The notes under the pieces are model-generated. The model was not told where the DNA came from and did no database searches. It worked only from the letters and a program-made list of their open reading frames with translations. Below are positions 37,872 to 47,278 of a stretch of DNA of 64,000 bases, one piece after another. A program made the position numbers and the translations under genes. The stretch comes from Candidatus Gottesmanbacteria bacterium. GTDB taxonomy: Bacteria > Patescibacteriota > Microgenomatia > JAMCYU01. The stretch lies in the NCBI GenBank assembly GCA_043801155.1, contig JAZDMI010000021.1, positions 2,683 through 66,682 of the forward strand. Reading direction: 5' to 3'. How positions within the stretch are numbered: the first letter of the stretch is position 1; each line of letters starts with the position of its first letter.

Positions 37872-38795
37872 TTATTCAAACAAGCAGGCGACACCTAGAC
37901 AGTCTTTGCCGGTATAAACAGCCAAAACTTTGCCGGCCTCGCAGTAGTCAATGGCTTTTGGGCTTAGATTATATCTAGCGGCTAATAAATCAGTCATTTC
38001 CTGGGCTCTTCCCTCATTGTTGGTATGAGTAACCAGGGCTCTTTTGAGAACTTTTCCTTTTGCCTTTTCTTTTTCGATTAGTTCAATTATCTTTTCCGGA
38101 ATGCCTTTTTTACCTCGAGATAGAAGTTTAGGAATCAGCTTTGCTTCTTGTAGGTCAACAATAGGATACACTTTAAAAGCCATAGCCAAAGCTGCGACCG
38201 CTGTTCGTACGCCTTCCAGTCCTTCTTTAGAAATTCGCCTGCCCGCACTTTTTAGAAAATAAGCGGCATCGGACACGGCAATAAAAAGTTTAATATTTTG
38301 TGCCTTTAGCTCAAGTTTTCTGGATATTTCCTCAAAAGGTATATCTTGTTTTAAAAGCTCAATTGCTTCAGGAATGAGAATGCCTGCTCCGACAGAAACC
38401 GATTGGGTGTCCAAAACTTGAATTTTCATGTCGGGGTACTTACGTTTTATCGCTTCAGTCGCAGCGGTAGCACTATTAACCCCACAAGTTAAACGTACAT
38501 CCGAGAGGATAGTAAAGATTTCATTAATGCCAAAATGAGTAGCCAAACTTTCATAAGCCTTTTCGAACTGACCAAGATTAGCACCTGACGTATTAAATAA
38601 TTCCGCTGATTTTCCAAGACGATCATAAAAATCTGGTGTTTTAATTATAAAATCGGGTAATGGTTTTTCTTCGATAGTAATCCAGCTAGGAAGAGAAATA
38701 ACTCGTATCCCTGACTCGTTGCGAAAGTCAGCAGCCCGATGAGGGTCTAAAGAAGTAGTACTATCAGTTATCAGGGCTCGTTCCGGAGTAGCCAT
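37872..38795 (-). CDS. DegV-family (fatty-acid-binding) protein
   Basis: LITDSTTSL N-terminus; LSDVRLTCGVNSATAAT and VLDTQSVSVGAG blocks typical of DegV. Confidence 0.65.
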   Translation of the reverse strand: MATPERALITDSTTSLDPHRAADFRNESGIRVISLPSWITIEEKPLPDFIIKTPDFYDRLGKSAELFNTSGANLGQFEKAYESLATHFGINEIFTILSDVRLTCGVNSATAATEAIKRKYPDMKIQVLDTQSVSVGAGILIPEAIELLKQDIPFEEISRKLELKAQNIKLFIAVSDAAYFLKSAGRRISKEGLEGVRTAVAALAMAFKVYPIVDLQEAKLIPKLLSRGKKGIPEKIIELIEKEKAKGKVLKRALVTHTNNEGRAQEMTDLLAARYNLSPKAIDYCEAGKVLAVYTGKDCLGVACLFE

Positions 38796-38971
38796 ACTTT
38801 TTTCGGGTAAAAGGTTGGGATCACTGTAACAGAATTGGTTTCGCCAGTCAAATCCTTCTAAGAATTTTTACCCCGTACTAGTCGGTACGGGACTTCTTAA
38901 AATTGCCTTTTTGGGTCTTCGATAATAATCAAAATTTGTTGATTTGACGGGACAATATATAATAATAAGGT

Positions 38972-39277
38972 ATGAGAACACGGGCAGAAATTGAAAATAG
39001 GCCATCTTCCGGATCTAAATTAATAATTTGGAACAATGGACAGGGAAATTATTATGACTTTTTTAATTGTGGTGGAGAAAAAATACCAATAGAGGAGACT
39101 CTTGGGGGAGAACTATGTTTGCTTTGCGGGGTTGTTAGAGAACAACTAAAAAAGAATAACATCACCGGTTGTTTTACAATTTTTTCGTCCGACCTTCTTC
39201 CTGGTTCCAAAATTCAAGCAGCCACTAAAAAAGATTCAAAAGTAGCAGGAGTTCCCCTGATTCTTAAAATCTCCTAA
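38972..39277 (+). CDS. hypothetical small Cys-containing protein
   Basis: Preceded by the island promoter module (38903-38931) and an AAGGT RBS. Confidence 0.4.
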   Translation: MRTRAEIENRPSSGSKLIIWNNGQGNYYDFFNCGGEKIPIEETLGGELCLLCGVVREQLKKNNITGCFTIFSSDLLPGSKIQAATKKDSKVAGVPLILKIS

Positions 39278-39378
39278 GATTTAACTTTTTTTACATTAAG
39301 ATTAAGACGGGTGGAATTTTGAACGTGGTAGGTTCATATCTTAGGATTTTTGCATTTTATTTTTTCTAGTTTCTATTA

Positions 39379-41463
39379 CTAGTAAATTTTTGACCGGTAA
39401 TCAACAATCATTATTTCCAACTTACCCTCATCTCTCATTTTAAGTAAGACCCTTCCGCCGGAATGAATATGAGGTAGGGGAACTCTTAAACGATAAACCC
39501 CATCTGAATCCTCGATTTTAACAAGATGAGGATCTAAAATTTGCTGGCGTTTATTAAAATTAATAATAGCTTGTTGAACAAAACCTCTTTCTTCTGTAGA
39601 AAATCCTTTCATTAAAAGTTCCAGTTCTTCAGACGTCGGTTCGATGATCGTTAGTTTTCCGGTTAAAGCCTGTTCTTCTTCGGTGACTGGTTTTTCTTCA
39701 CCATCTTTTTTAATAGTTTCCCTTGTTTCTTCAACTCTTATCTGCCTTCTTAATTCATAGGTAACATCATGAAAATGCACTTTTGGCAGCGATGACTTGA
39801 GTGGTTCTTGATTACCGTCCTTAAGAGTGTTTTTTAATTTTTGATGTTCCAGATAATCCGCTAAGTGCGTTAAGGTTTTCAGTACAATTTCCTGGCAACC
39901 TTGTTTGTAGATATGGTTATTGGATTCATTGATCGAATCAAGAACCATCCAGTCAAAAGTCTCTTTTGTCGCATCGATGCTTAAGAGAAGAAAAATTTCC
40001 TCATCTTCTTCACTTGTTTTATCTATAAACTCAAATGCCATACCAAATTTACGGGGATGATAAGGATCTGCTATGAGAGAAGCAGCGTCAGGTTTTTTTA
40101 AAAATTGTAAATTATTTGGTAATTGATCAGCATCTAAACTAAATTTTCTTTCCTTGTTAGTCTTAGTAATTCTGTCTATCTGTCTCTTGACCTCTTGCCA
40201 ATTAAAATCATTATCTGTTTCGGATATTTCTTCATTCGCTAAAATGTCTTTTAATTCTTCACCGCTAAGGACTATTTGTGCCAGTCTCATTTTTTTCCGG
40301 TAGTTTTCGATATTTTCAACTAGCTTCTTATAAAAAGGAATACTCGTTTCCTTTTTAACCAAATTTGTAGCTGCACGGTAGAATCCAATCGTTTGTATGG
40401 CAGAATTAAAGCCAAGGAGTAAAAATAAATATCGGCGATGATAAGTATTTTCGTCCTGGAGGTATTTCTCAAAAAGATTGATAAGTTCCATATCAGGTTG
40501 GCCATCTTTAGGAAAAAGACGCCTAAAGACTTCTTTTCTTAGCAGGGACAATTTATCTACCAGCTCTACTGCTTTTTCTACAATTTCAGTTGCTGGCTGA
40601 CTATTGGACCTAACTGCTTCTTGAATGTCTGTTTTAGAGATATCTGCCTTGAGGAATTGTGCTACTCTAACGCTAAATTGTGCAAAATCTCCCTCAATTG
40701 CCAAAGGATAATATTTAAGTAAAGGATTCCGGCTGATTTGTTCAGCAATAATATGTTCAGGTAGTTCTTCAAACGGTTCAATAGCTGATGACTCTACAAA
40801 TAAACGGACAAAAGGTACTAAGGATTCACGATCTTTATTAGAAAAGTTCATAAATTCAATTAATGAAGCTCCTTGAATAGAAAAATTAGTATGAGTTGAA
40901 TATTGATAATCGGAAAGAGTAAAGAAGTCTTCAGCCCCTTGATAAAAATTTCTCGTCTGGGCGAATCGTTTTAGTGAATTAATCTTTCCATGGCAATATA
41001 AAGAGAGCCCGAAATCCAATGCAAACTTGATACCTCTTATTTTACAATTTTTCCAGGATAATTCGGTGTCCTCGTTTAAAGACGAAGCTGGTTCGCCATC
41101 GGGAACTTTTTCCAGAAAACCATAGGCATTTTGCATATCATCTTGGATTTGTATTAGCTTTTTACTCCAGTCTTCAGTTGTTTCCCATCCGAAAGGGTTA
41201 ACTGTATCAGTTAAAGACTTAATATTATTTCCAAATTCATTTTTTTGCTTCATGGCTCGTATCAAATATTCTAGATAAGTAGGAACTTTCTTTTTCATAT
41301 CGTCTGTAAATACCTGATCCATATTTTTAAATAAATCTGATTCTAAAAGTGATTCAACGGTAGGCAAGTTAGTAGAATCCTGGTCTTCCGCCTTATCCAG
41401 GAGGTAGCCTTTAAGTGCGTTATCTGGGCCTTCAATATAATCTATTTCAAACTTAGCTGACAT
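39379..41463 (-). CDS. large (694 aa) hypothetical protein, no recognisable domain
   Basis: Long clean ORF, acidic N-terminal region, no nucleotide-binding motifs found. Confidence 0.6.
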   Translation of the reverse strand: MSAKFEIDYIEGPDNALKGYLLDKAEDQDSTNLPTVESLLESDLFKNMDQVFTDDMKKKVPTYLEYLIRAMKQKNEFGNNIKSLTDTVNPFGWETTEDWSKKLIQIQDDMQNAYGFLEKVPDGEPASSLNEDTELSWKNCKIRGIKFALDFGLSLYCHGKINSLKRFAQTRNFYQGAEDFFTLSDYQYSTHTNFSIQGASLIEFMNFSNKDRESLVPFVRLFVESSAIEPFEELPEHIIAEQISRNPLLKYYPLAIEGDFAQFSVRVAQFLKADISKTDIQEAVRSNSQPATEIVEKAVELVDKLSLLRKEVFRRLFPKDGQPDMELINLFEKYLQDENTYHRRYLFLLLGFNSAIQTIGFYRAATNLVKKETSIPFYKKLVENIENYRKKMRLAQIVLSGEELKDILANEEISETDNDFNWQEVKRQIDRITKTNKERKFSLDADQLPNNLQFLKKPDAASLIADPYHPRKFGMAFEFIDKTSEEDEEIFLLLSIDATKETFDWMVLDSINESNNHIYKQGCQEIVLKTLTHLADYLEHQKLKNTLKDGNQEPLKSSLPKVHFHDVTYELRRQIRVEETRETIKKDGEEKPVTEEEQALTGKLTIIEPTSEELELLMKGFSTEERGFVQQAIINFNKRQQILDPHLVKIEDSDGVYRLRVPLPHIHSGGRVLLKMRDEGKLEIMIVDYRSKIY

Positions 41464-41576
41464 TTTTTTATTTTATCATATTTATTTCGTTTTCCTTTAT
41501 AGTAAAGAATAAACCTATACTTTTGCATTTTCTTTTCTTCAATATTTCCAATAATAATGATAAAATAAACAACAAT

Positions 41577-41843
41577 ATGGTGCGGATAGAAAGTAAGTGT
41601 CTGCCCGACGGGAAAATGTTGAATATTCAATATCAGACGTCAGAAGGGCTTACAAATTTTTTTAACATCCTTTTATGTGCTGCCAGTAGAATTCCCAAAG
41701 GGAGTCCAATATATCCTCAAGCACAAATAGTTTTACAACAAATACAAGCTTTTTCTGAAGGTTCGGATGAGCCGTTTGATGGAATTGCCATAGCCAAGGT
41801 TTTAAAATCTGCTAAGTCAATTAGACCCCCAAAACAAAATTAA
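41577..41843 (+). CDS. hypothetical small protein
   Basis: The ORF-track start at 41523 is the TTG of a TTGCAT promoter hexamer; first in-frame ATG at about 41577. Confidence 0.35.
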   Translation: MVRIESKCLPDGKMLNIQYQTSEGLTNFFNILLCAASRIPKGSPIYPQAQIVLQQIQAFSEGSDEPFDGIAIAKVLKSAKSIRPPKQN

Positions 41844-41909
41844 GAATTTGACAAATCCTTGCCTTTTTCATATAAAATAGGTAAAATCCAGGTAAATAAA
41901 GGAGGCTAT

Positions 41910-42107
41910 ATGTGTCAAAAGCAGGAAGCAGATGAAGAATCAGGTGATGGAATGATGTTTGGCGGAATGATAATAGGAAGACTGGATCAAGATACGTCTT
42001 GGTCAAAATACGCCATGGAGAATTTAGAACCTGAGCAAAAAGAACGACTTATTGAATCAGTTAGAATTCAGAAGGTTCGTCCAAAGGTTAATCCCCAAGT
42101 CAAATAA
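41910..42107 (+). CDS. hypothetical small acidic protein
   Basis: AGGAGG RBS then ATG (MCQKQEADEE...). The ORF-track start at 41859 is the TTG of a TTGCCT promoter hexamer. Confidence 0.4.
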   Translation: MCQKQEADEESGDGMMFGGMIIGRLDQDTSWSKYAMENLEPEQKERLIESVRIQKVRPKVNPQVK

Positions 42108-42138
42108 GAACCTCGTTATTTTTTGCATTTTTACTCAT

Positions 42139-42417
42139 ATGATTGAAAATCTGGGGCAGGCTATTTCTCAAGCACAGGCAGATGGATTTATAACCGAAGA
42201 ATACGGTAGGCTTATCTTAGATACAGCTAAGCTAGAATATCGTGAATGCCGGAATTGCCCTCTCCCTAATTTGTGGCGTGAGTTTTTAGAAGATCAAGGA
42301 CCATACCCGGTTTTAACCCTTGACCTTTTGTTAAAAAATATTGCTGAAAGACGAATATATTTTAGAGAGAAAGGTTGGCTTCCGCCCGATGAACCATCAC
42401 TAATTAATATTAAATAG
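42139..42417 (+). CDS. hypothetical small protein
   Basis: Promoter module TTGCAT at 42123 lies inside the longer ORF-track call (42052); ATG at 42139 follows it. Confidence 0.4.
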   Translation: MIENLGQAISQAQADGFITEEYGRLILDTAKLEYRECRNCPLPNLWREFLEDQGPYPVLTLDLLLKNIAERRIYFREKGWLPPDEPSLINIK

Positions 42418-42454
42418 CCATTTAACTTTTGCCTTTTTCTGATAAAATAAATAG

Positions 42455-43198
42455 ATGAATAATTCTAAAAAAATTAAGGATATTGTAAAAAATTCTTACG
42501 CAGAAATTGCTAAAGCCTCTGATAGTTGTGGGTGCAGTTGTGGTTGTAGTTCTAACCAGACTGTTCAACGCCAAACACAACAAATAGGTTATTCCCCGGA
42601 AGAAATTAATCAAGCGCCTTCCGGTTCTAATCTTGGGCTTGGATGTGGCAACCCGGTGGCAATTGCTTCATTAAAAGAAGGGGAAATAGTTTTGGATTTA
42701 GGTTCCGGCGCAGGATTTGATGCTTTTTTAGCAGCGCAAAAGGTTGGGACAACGGGTAAAGTCATTGGTGTTGATATGACTGAGGAAATGCTTGTCAAAG
42801 CACGAGCTAACGCTATAAAAGGTGGTTTTACCAACGTTGAGTTCAGAGAAGGAGATATTGAAAATTTGCCCTTAGATGACAACTCGGTTGATGTTGTTAT
42901 TTCTAATTGCGTTATCAACCTTAGCCCGGATAAAGAAAAAGTATTTAAGGGAATTTATCGGGTACTTAAACCAGGTGGAAGACTCATGGTATCTGATACT
43001 GTACTTTCAAAACCATTACCGGATGAACTGCGGGAAAATGAAGAATTATTAACCGGATGTGTAAGTGGAGCTATCCTTAAAAAGGATTACCTGTCATTAC
43101 TCCAAAAAACAGGCTTTTCCAATATAAAAATACAAAAAGAAAGACCGGGGTTTCTTGCAGACTACAGTATAAGTATTACCTACTCAGCAGTCAAATAA
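42455..43198 (+). CDS. class I SAM-dependent methyltransferase, ArsM/UbiE-like, with an N-terminal CGCSCGCS motif
   Basis: [12 protein letters not shown]-binding motif; paired Cys as in arsenite methyltransferases. Confidence 0.7.
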   Translation: MNNSKKIKDIVKNSYAEIAKASDSCGCSCGCSSNQTVQRQTQQIGYSPEEINQAPSGSNLGLGCGNPVAIASLKEGEIVLDLGSGAGFDAFLAAQKVGTTGKVIGVDMTEEMLVKARANAIKGGFTNVEFREGDIENLPLDDNSVDVVISNCVINLSPDKEKVFKGIYRVLKPGGRLMVSDTVLSKPLPDELRENEELLTGCVSGAILKKDYLSLLQKTGFSNIKIQKERPGFLADYSISITYSAVK

Positions 43199-43222
43199 CC
43201 CTGTACTAGTCGATTCGGGACT

Positions 43223-43251
43223 TTGCATTTTTTCAGGTTTTAGTTTAATCT
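43223..43251 (+). promoter_or_regulatory. island promoter module TTGCAT-17-TAATCT, directly preceded by a GTACTAGTCG-containing hairpin motif (43199-43221)
   Basis: As above. Confidence 0.45.
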
Positions 43252-43270
43252 GAAAATAGGACTTAAATTT

Positions 43271-43606
43271 ATGACCGAAATAATATATAAAACAAAATTT
43301 TTTTGTAACCTTTGCAAAAAAGATATTCCCCTGGAATTATATGGTAATAAAAACACTGAATTTACACGTGATCAGGAGCCGGAAATAATTACTCCAGGGA
43401 AGCATTACCACTGGGTTGATTTTCACCGTGTTTGTGCAATTTGCGGTCAACCAATCAAAGCGCAGGATTTAACCGTGGCGATGAATGACGGGATGATCAA
43501 AATTAATGAAAATTATACTGATGAATATAATATGATTGAACAAGGAAATAAATTCGGTGTTTTTCTCATTGTCCACAAAGAATGCGTCAAAAATATTAAG
43601 TTTTAA
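43271..43606 (+). CDS. hypothetical zinc-ribbon protein (CNLC...CAICGQ...HKEC)
   Basis: Cys pairs; no known domain. Confidence 0.45.
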   Translation: MTEIIYKTKFFCNLCKKDIPLELYGNKNTEFTRDQEPEIITPGKHYHWVDFHRVCAICGQPIKAQDLTVAMNDGMIKINENYTDEYNMIEQGNKFGVFLIVHKECVKNIKF

Positions 43607-43686
43607 TAAAATGTTGGCATAACTTCATATCCTTCCTTTTTATCTTTTTGTTTCTTCCAATATTAGTTTTTTGCCGATGAGTTATA

Positions 43687-44274
43687 ATGAATTCAATGAA
43701 TATTACCGCGAAATTTATTAAAGGTATTATTGGGACTGATGATATTTTATATGACGGGAAATTTCAGGTTTGCTTCATGGGCCGTTCCAATGTTGGCAAA
43801 TCAACCCTGATTAACACTCTCACCCAAATTAAAGATCTTGCCCGTTCAAGTTCCGATCCCGGGAAAACCATCCGCATGGATTTTTTTCTCATCAATGATA
43901 AATACTATTTTGTTGATTTTCCCGGCTATGGTTATGCCAAGCGTTCACAGGAAAAAAGGGAAAAGCTGGCCAAAATGATCCTTTGGTATCTTATGTATTC
44001 GCAAGTCAAAAAGAGACTGGTGATCCTGATAATTGATGCTCAAGTGGGGATGACTCCTTATGATCTAGACATGTTAAAAACCCTGCATGAAGAAAAAGTT
44101 GATTATTTTATCGTTGCCAACAAGATCGATAAACTAAAAATGAATGAAAAGGCAAAACAACTGGCAAAAATAAAAAGTGATTGTGGAAATTCAAATGTTA
44201 TTCCTTTTTCTTCAAAAGATAAAAGAGAGAGAGTAAACCTTCTTTCGCAAATTTCCTCCCACCCTAGCTACTAA
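43687..44274 (+). CDS. engB: ribosome-biogenesis GTPase EngB/YsxC
   Basis: G1 motif GRSNVGKSTLIN, DFPGYG, NKID. Confidence 0.85.
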   Translation: MNSMNITAKFIKGIIGTDDILYDGKFQVCFMGRSNVGKSTLINTLTQIKDLARSSSDPGKTIRMDFFLINDKYYFVDFPGYGYAKRSQEKREKLAKMILWYLMYSQVKKRLVILIIDAQVGMTPYDLDMLKTLHEEKVDYFIVANKIDKLKMNEKAKQLAKIKSDCGNSNVIPFSSKDKRERVNLLSQISSHPSY

Positions 44275-44582
44275 TGGGAATAATCAAGGGCTACCTTTTC
44301 GCTGATCTTAATTCCTTTTTCCTTTATTGTTCCCGGGGGTAATTCAAGAACGTCTTTGTATTGGGGAGGCCAAAAGAAAAGGCGGCTAGCTGGAAGGGAA
44401 TGAATCATCTTTACTACTTGTTTATTACTATCCAGAATTAGTACATCAATCGGAGATTTCATTCCAAAAGTATGGATACCGAAGCGGGTCGTAAAATAAA
44501 TTGGATAAATGTTTTTTTGTCCGATTAGTCCGACCGATTTTTCTATAAAGCTATGTAATGCCTTGACTTTAAGAAGAATCAT
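44271..44582 (-). CDS. DUF192-family protein
   Basis: Conserved HTFGM...PIDVLILD pattern; 4-nt overlap with obg upstream. Confidence 0.55.
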   Translation of the reverse strand: MILLKVKALHSFIEKSVGLIGQKNIYPIYFTTRFGIHTFGMKSPIDVLILDSNKQVVKMIHSLPASRLFFWPPQYKDVLELPPGTIKEKGIKISEKVALDYSH

Positions 44583-45520
44583 GAGGTTAACAACTCTTTT
44601 AATTTTTTTATACTTTTATCATCAAGGATAGAAATCGGCAGAACCTGGCCGAATTTTTGTAACATCTTTCGTTTTTCTTTTAACTCTTCTTTGGCGACTA
44701 AATCAGATTTGGTTAATAAAATTATTTCCGATTTTTGGATTAAAAGGGGATTGAATTTTTGCAGTTCCTGACGGACGGTTTGGTAATCATTTAAAACATT
44801 TTTTGATTCTACCGATACACAATGCAGAATTAAGTTTACCTTTTCAATATGTTTAAGAAAACTTATTCCTAAACCTTTTCCTAAAGAAGCACCTTCAATA
44901 AGACCGGGGATATCGGCAATAATTTTTTTAGCCATGACTCCCAGATTGGGTTCGATCGTCGTAAATGGGTAGTCGGCGACTTTAACATTGGCGCAGGTGA
45001 GTTCATTTAAAAGGCTGCTTTTGCCGGCGTTTGGCAGACCGATTAAGCCATAGTCAGCGATTAATTTTAAGACTATTTTAAGATTTTTTTGTTGTCCGGG
45101 TTCTCCGGCTTCGGCTTTTAAAGGAGTGGTATTAGTCGGTGAAGTCAGATCATGAGTGCCTTGGCCGCCCTTTCCACCTTTACAGATTAAAACCTTCTGT
45201 TCGATATTGCTTAATTCAATGGCTTCGTTAGTTTCCTGATCAGTAATAATACTTCCCTGAGGCAAGGCAATGGTAATATCTTTTCCGTTTCTACCTGTTT
45301 TATTAAATTTTCCGCCATTTTGTCCGTCTTCGGCTCTTCTGGTTTTTTTGCCCATAAATTGATTAAGAGATGTCAAATCAGAAGTGACTGTCAGATAAAT
45401 ATTCCCGCCTTTTCCGCCGTTGCCGCCGTCAGGACCGGTTCTTTCTCCGGGGTAAAATGAGACTTTACCCGCGCCGCCACTGCCGGCCGTAAAAATTACT
45501 TCGACTTCATCAACAAACAT
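44579..45520 (-). CDS. obg: GTPase Obg (short form lacking a C-terminal extension)
   Basis: Gly-rich Obg fold N-terminus (GGNGGKGGNIY), G domain GLPNAGKSSL. Confidence 0.85.
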   Translation of the reverse strand: MFVDEVEVIFTAGSGGAGKVSFYPGERTGPDGGNGGKGGNIYLTVTSDLTSLNQFMGKKTRRAEDGQNGGKFNKTGRNGKDITIALPQGSIITDQETNEAIELSNIEQKVLICKGGKGGQGTHDLTSPTNTTPLKAEAGEPGQQKNLKIVLKLIADYGLIGLPNAGKSSLLNELTCANVKVADYPFTTIEPNLGVMAKKIIADIPGLIEGASLGKGLGISFLKHIEKVNLILHCVSVESKNVLNDYQTVRQELQKFNPLLIQKSEIILLTKSDLVAKEELKEKRKMLQKFGQVLPISILDDKSIKKLKELLTS

Positions 45521-45841
45521 AAAATCATTATATCATCTAGACAAATTTTTGCTTTATTTAACCATTAATGATATAATACAATCTAACTTGGTAGATTGAA
45601 TTTATCAATCTGCTTAAATTAAAGGTTATTTTAAGTTAATAAGATATATAAATCCTCACTTACTACGTATTTAATGATTTTTATGTCTTCGCAATTTATA
45701 ATGCGTAATTATAAAGACGGGAATAAATAAAAGATATTCCAAATTCTATTTATTTTAGCAATATCTTTTCTCCGCTATTTAAAACAAATCTTTTTTTATT
45801 TAGGCAGCTTCATTATTTTAATCCAGCCAATTTTTAAATCT

Positions 45842-47029
45842 ATGTATAGACAGTTTAATCAAAGAAACCGGGGAAGGAATAATTTTAACCGCGTTAGTAG
45901 CGGTCGTTCCCGTTTTGGGAAAAAAATTGTTTCTTTTGACCCCACAAATTTCATTAATACTGTCCCTGTGGAAAATAAAATCGAGGAATTTACCGTTACC
46001 CATACTTTTGCTGATTTTAAAATCAGGGAGGAAATAAAAGTCAATATTGACCAAAGGGGATATAAAATTCCTACTCCCATTCAGGACAAAGCAATTCCGG
46101 TAATTCTTGAGGGCCGGGATTTAATCGGTATTGCCAATACCGGCACCGGCAAAACCGCCGCTTTTTTAATCCCGCTTATCAATAAAATATTAAATGACCG
46201 CAGTCAGAGAGTTTTAATAATCACTCCGACCCGCGAGCTGGCCGCCCAAATAAGGGACGAGTTGTTCGCTTTTGCCAGAGGTTTGAACGTTTTTGGCGCT
46301 CTTTGCATTGGCGGGGCCAATATAAATAGGCAAATAAACGATATCAGAAGAAATCCCCAGTTTGTCATCGGTACTCCGGGAAGAATTCAGGATCTTATTA
46401 ATTCCCGGAATCTAAATCTGTCTAATTTTAATTCGGTGGTGCTTGATGAGGCAGACCGGATGGTCGATATCGGTTTTCTACCAAATATCAGGTATATTAT
46501 TGGTTTTCTTCCTAAAAATCGTCAGTCACTTTTTTTCTCGGCCACCATTGACGGAAAAGTCAAAGAAGTACTCAATAATTTTGTGCAAAATCCGGTTACT
46601 GTTTCGGTTAAAACCGGCGAAACCACCCAAAATATTAAACAAGATATTATTAAAATAGGCAATTCCACCAAAATTGACGAGCTCCATAATCTACTTATAC
46701 AAGATGAGTATGAGAAGGTCCTTATTTTTGCCAGGACAAAACGAGGGGTGCAAAAACTTTATGAAGAACTGCTGGAGCGTGGTTTTAAGGTCGACGCCAT
46801 TCATGGTAATAAGAGACAGGGCCAAAGGATAAAAGCTTTGGAGAAATTTAAAACCAGCTCAATTCAAATTCTTATTGCGACTGATCTTGCCTCAAGGGGT
46901 TTGGACATACCCGATGTTACACATGTTATCAACTACGACTTACCGGAATGTTTAGATGCCTATATTCACCGAATCGGTAGAACCGGAAGGATGGATAAAA
47001 AAGGTATTGCCTTAACTTTTGTTTCTTAA
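45842..47029 (+). CDS. DEAD-box ATP-dependent RNA helicase
   Basis: Q motif, AQTGSGKT-like GTGKTAAF, DEAD (VLDEADRM), SAT, HRIGRTGR. Confidence 0.9.
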   Translation: MYRQFNQRNRGRNNFNRVSSGRSRFGKKIVSFDPTNFINTVPVENKIEEFTVTHTFADFKIREEIKVNIDQRGYKIPTPIQDKAIPVILEGRDLIGIANTGTGKTAAFLIPLINKILNDRSQRVLIITPTRELAAQIRDELFAFARGLNVFGALCIGGANINRQINDIRRNPQFVIGTPGRIQDLINSRNLNLSNFNSVVLDEADRMVDIGFLPNIRYIIGFLPKNRQSLFFSATIDGKVKEVLNNFVQNPVTVSVKTGETTQNIKQDIIKIGNSTKIDELHNLLIQDEYEKVLIFARTKRGVQKLYEELLERGFKVDAIHGNKRQGQRIKALEKFKTSSIQILIATDLASRGLDIPDVTHVINYDLPECLDAYIHRIGRTGRMDKKGIALTFVS

Positions 47030-47278
47030 GCTTCTTCTCAGCTTTCTTTATTATGATTAATTAAAACCGCAACCCGCAATACGCCTAAATTAAACTGTAA
47101 TTATCTACCCTGATACATTTATATATGATATATTAATATATCATATAGATCTGGAACAACCGCGTACGTTAGACTATATCTGGCAAGATTCGGCAGGATA
47201 TGGTAGTATCTGCTAGTCTATGACTAATCCCGTCGGTTACCGAATTACTACAAAACCAGATAACCTTCCTGCTGAAAA

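Noticed and set aside
41523-41576. ORF-track starts at 41523 and 41859 (and 42052 for the following ORF)
   Set aside because: The first two begin at the TTG of the repeated TTGC(A/C)T promoter hexamer; 42052 begins upstream of its own promoter module. True starts are placed at downstream ATGs (41577, 41910, 42139).
33977-43251. CRISPR array interpretation of the repeated TTTGCATTTTCTG / TTGCCTTTTTGGG motif
   Set aside because: Repeat spacing is 0.3-2 kb and irregular, each copy precedes an ORF with promoter geometry, and no cas genes accompany it (the Cas4-like protein is a solitary nuclease).
47160-47278. tRNA or small RNA gene in the 47.1-47.3 kb intergenic region
   Set aside because: No T-arm (GTTCRANYC) or acceptor-stem complementarity found; only generic hairpins.
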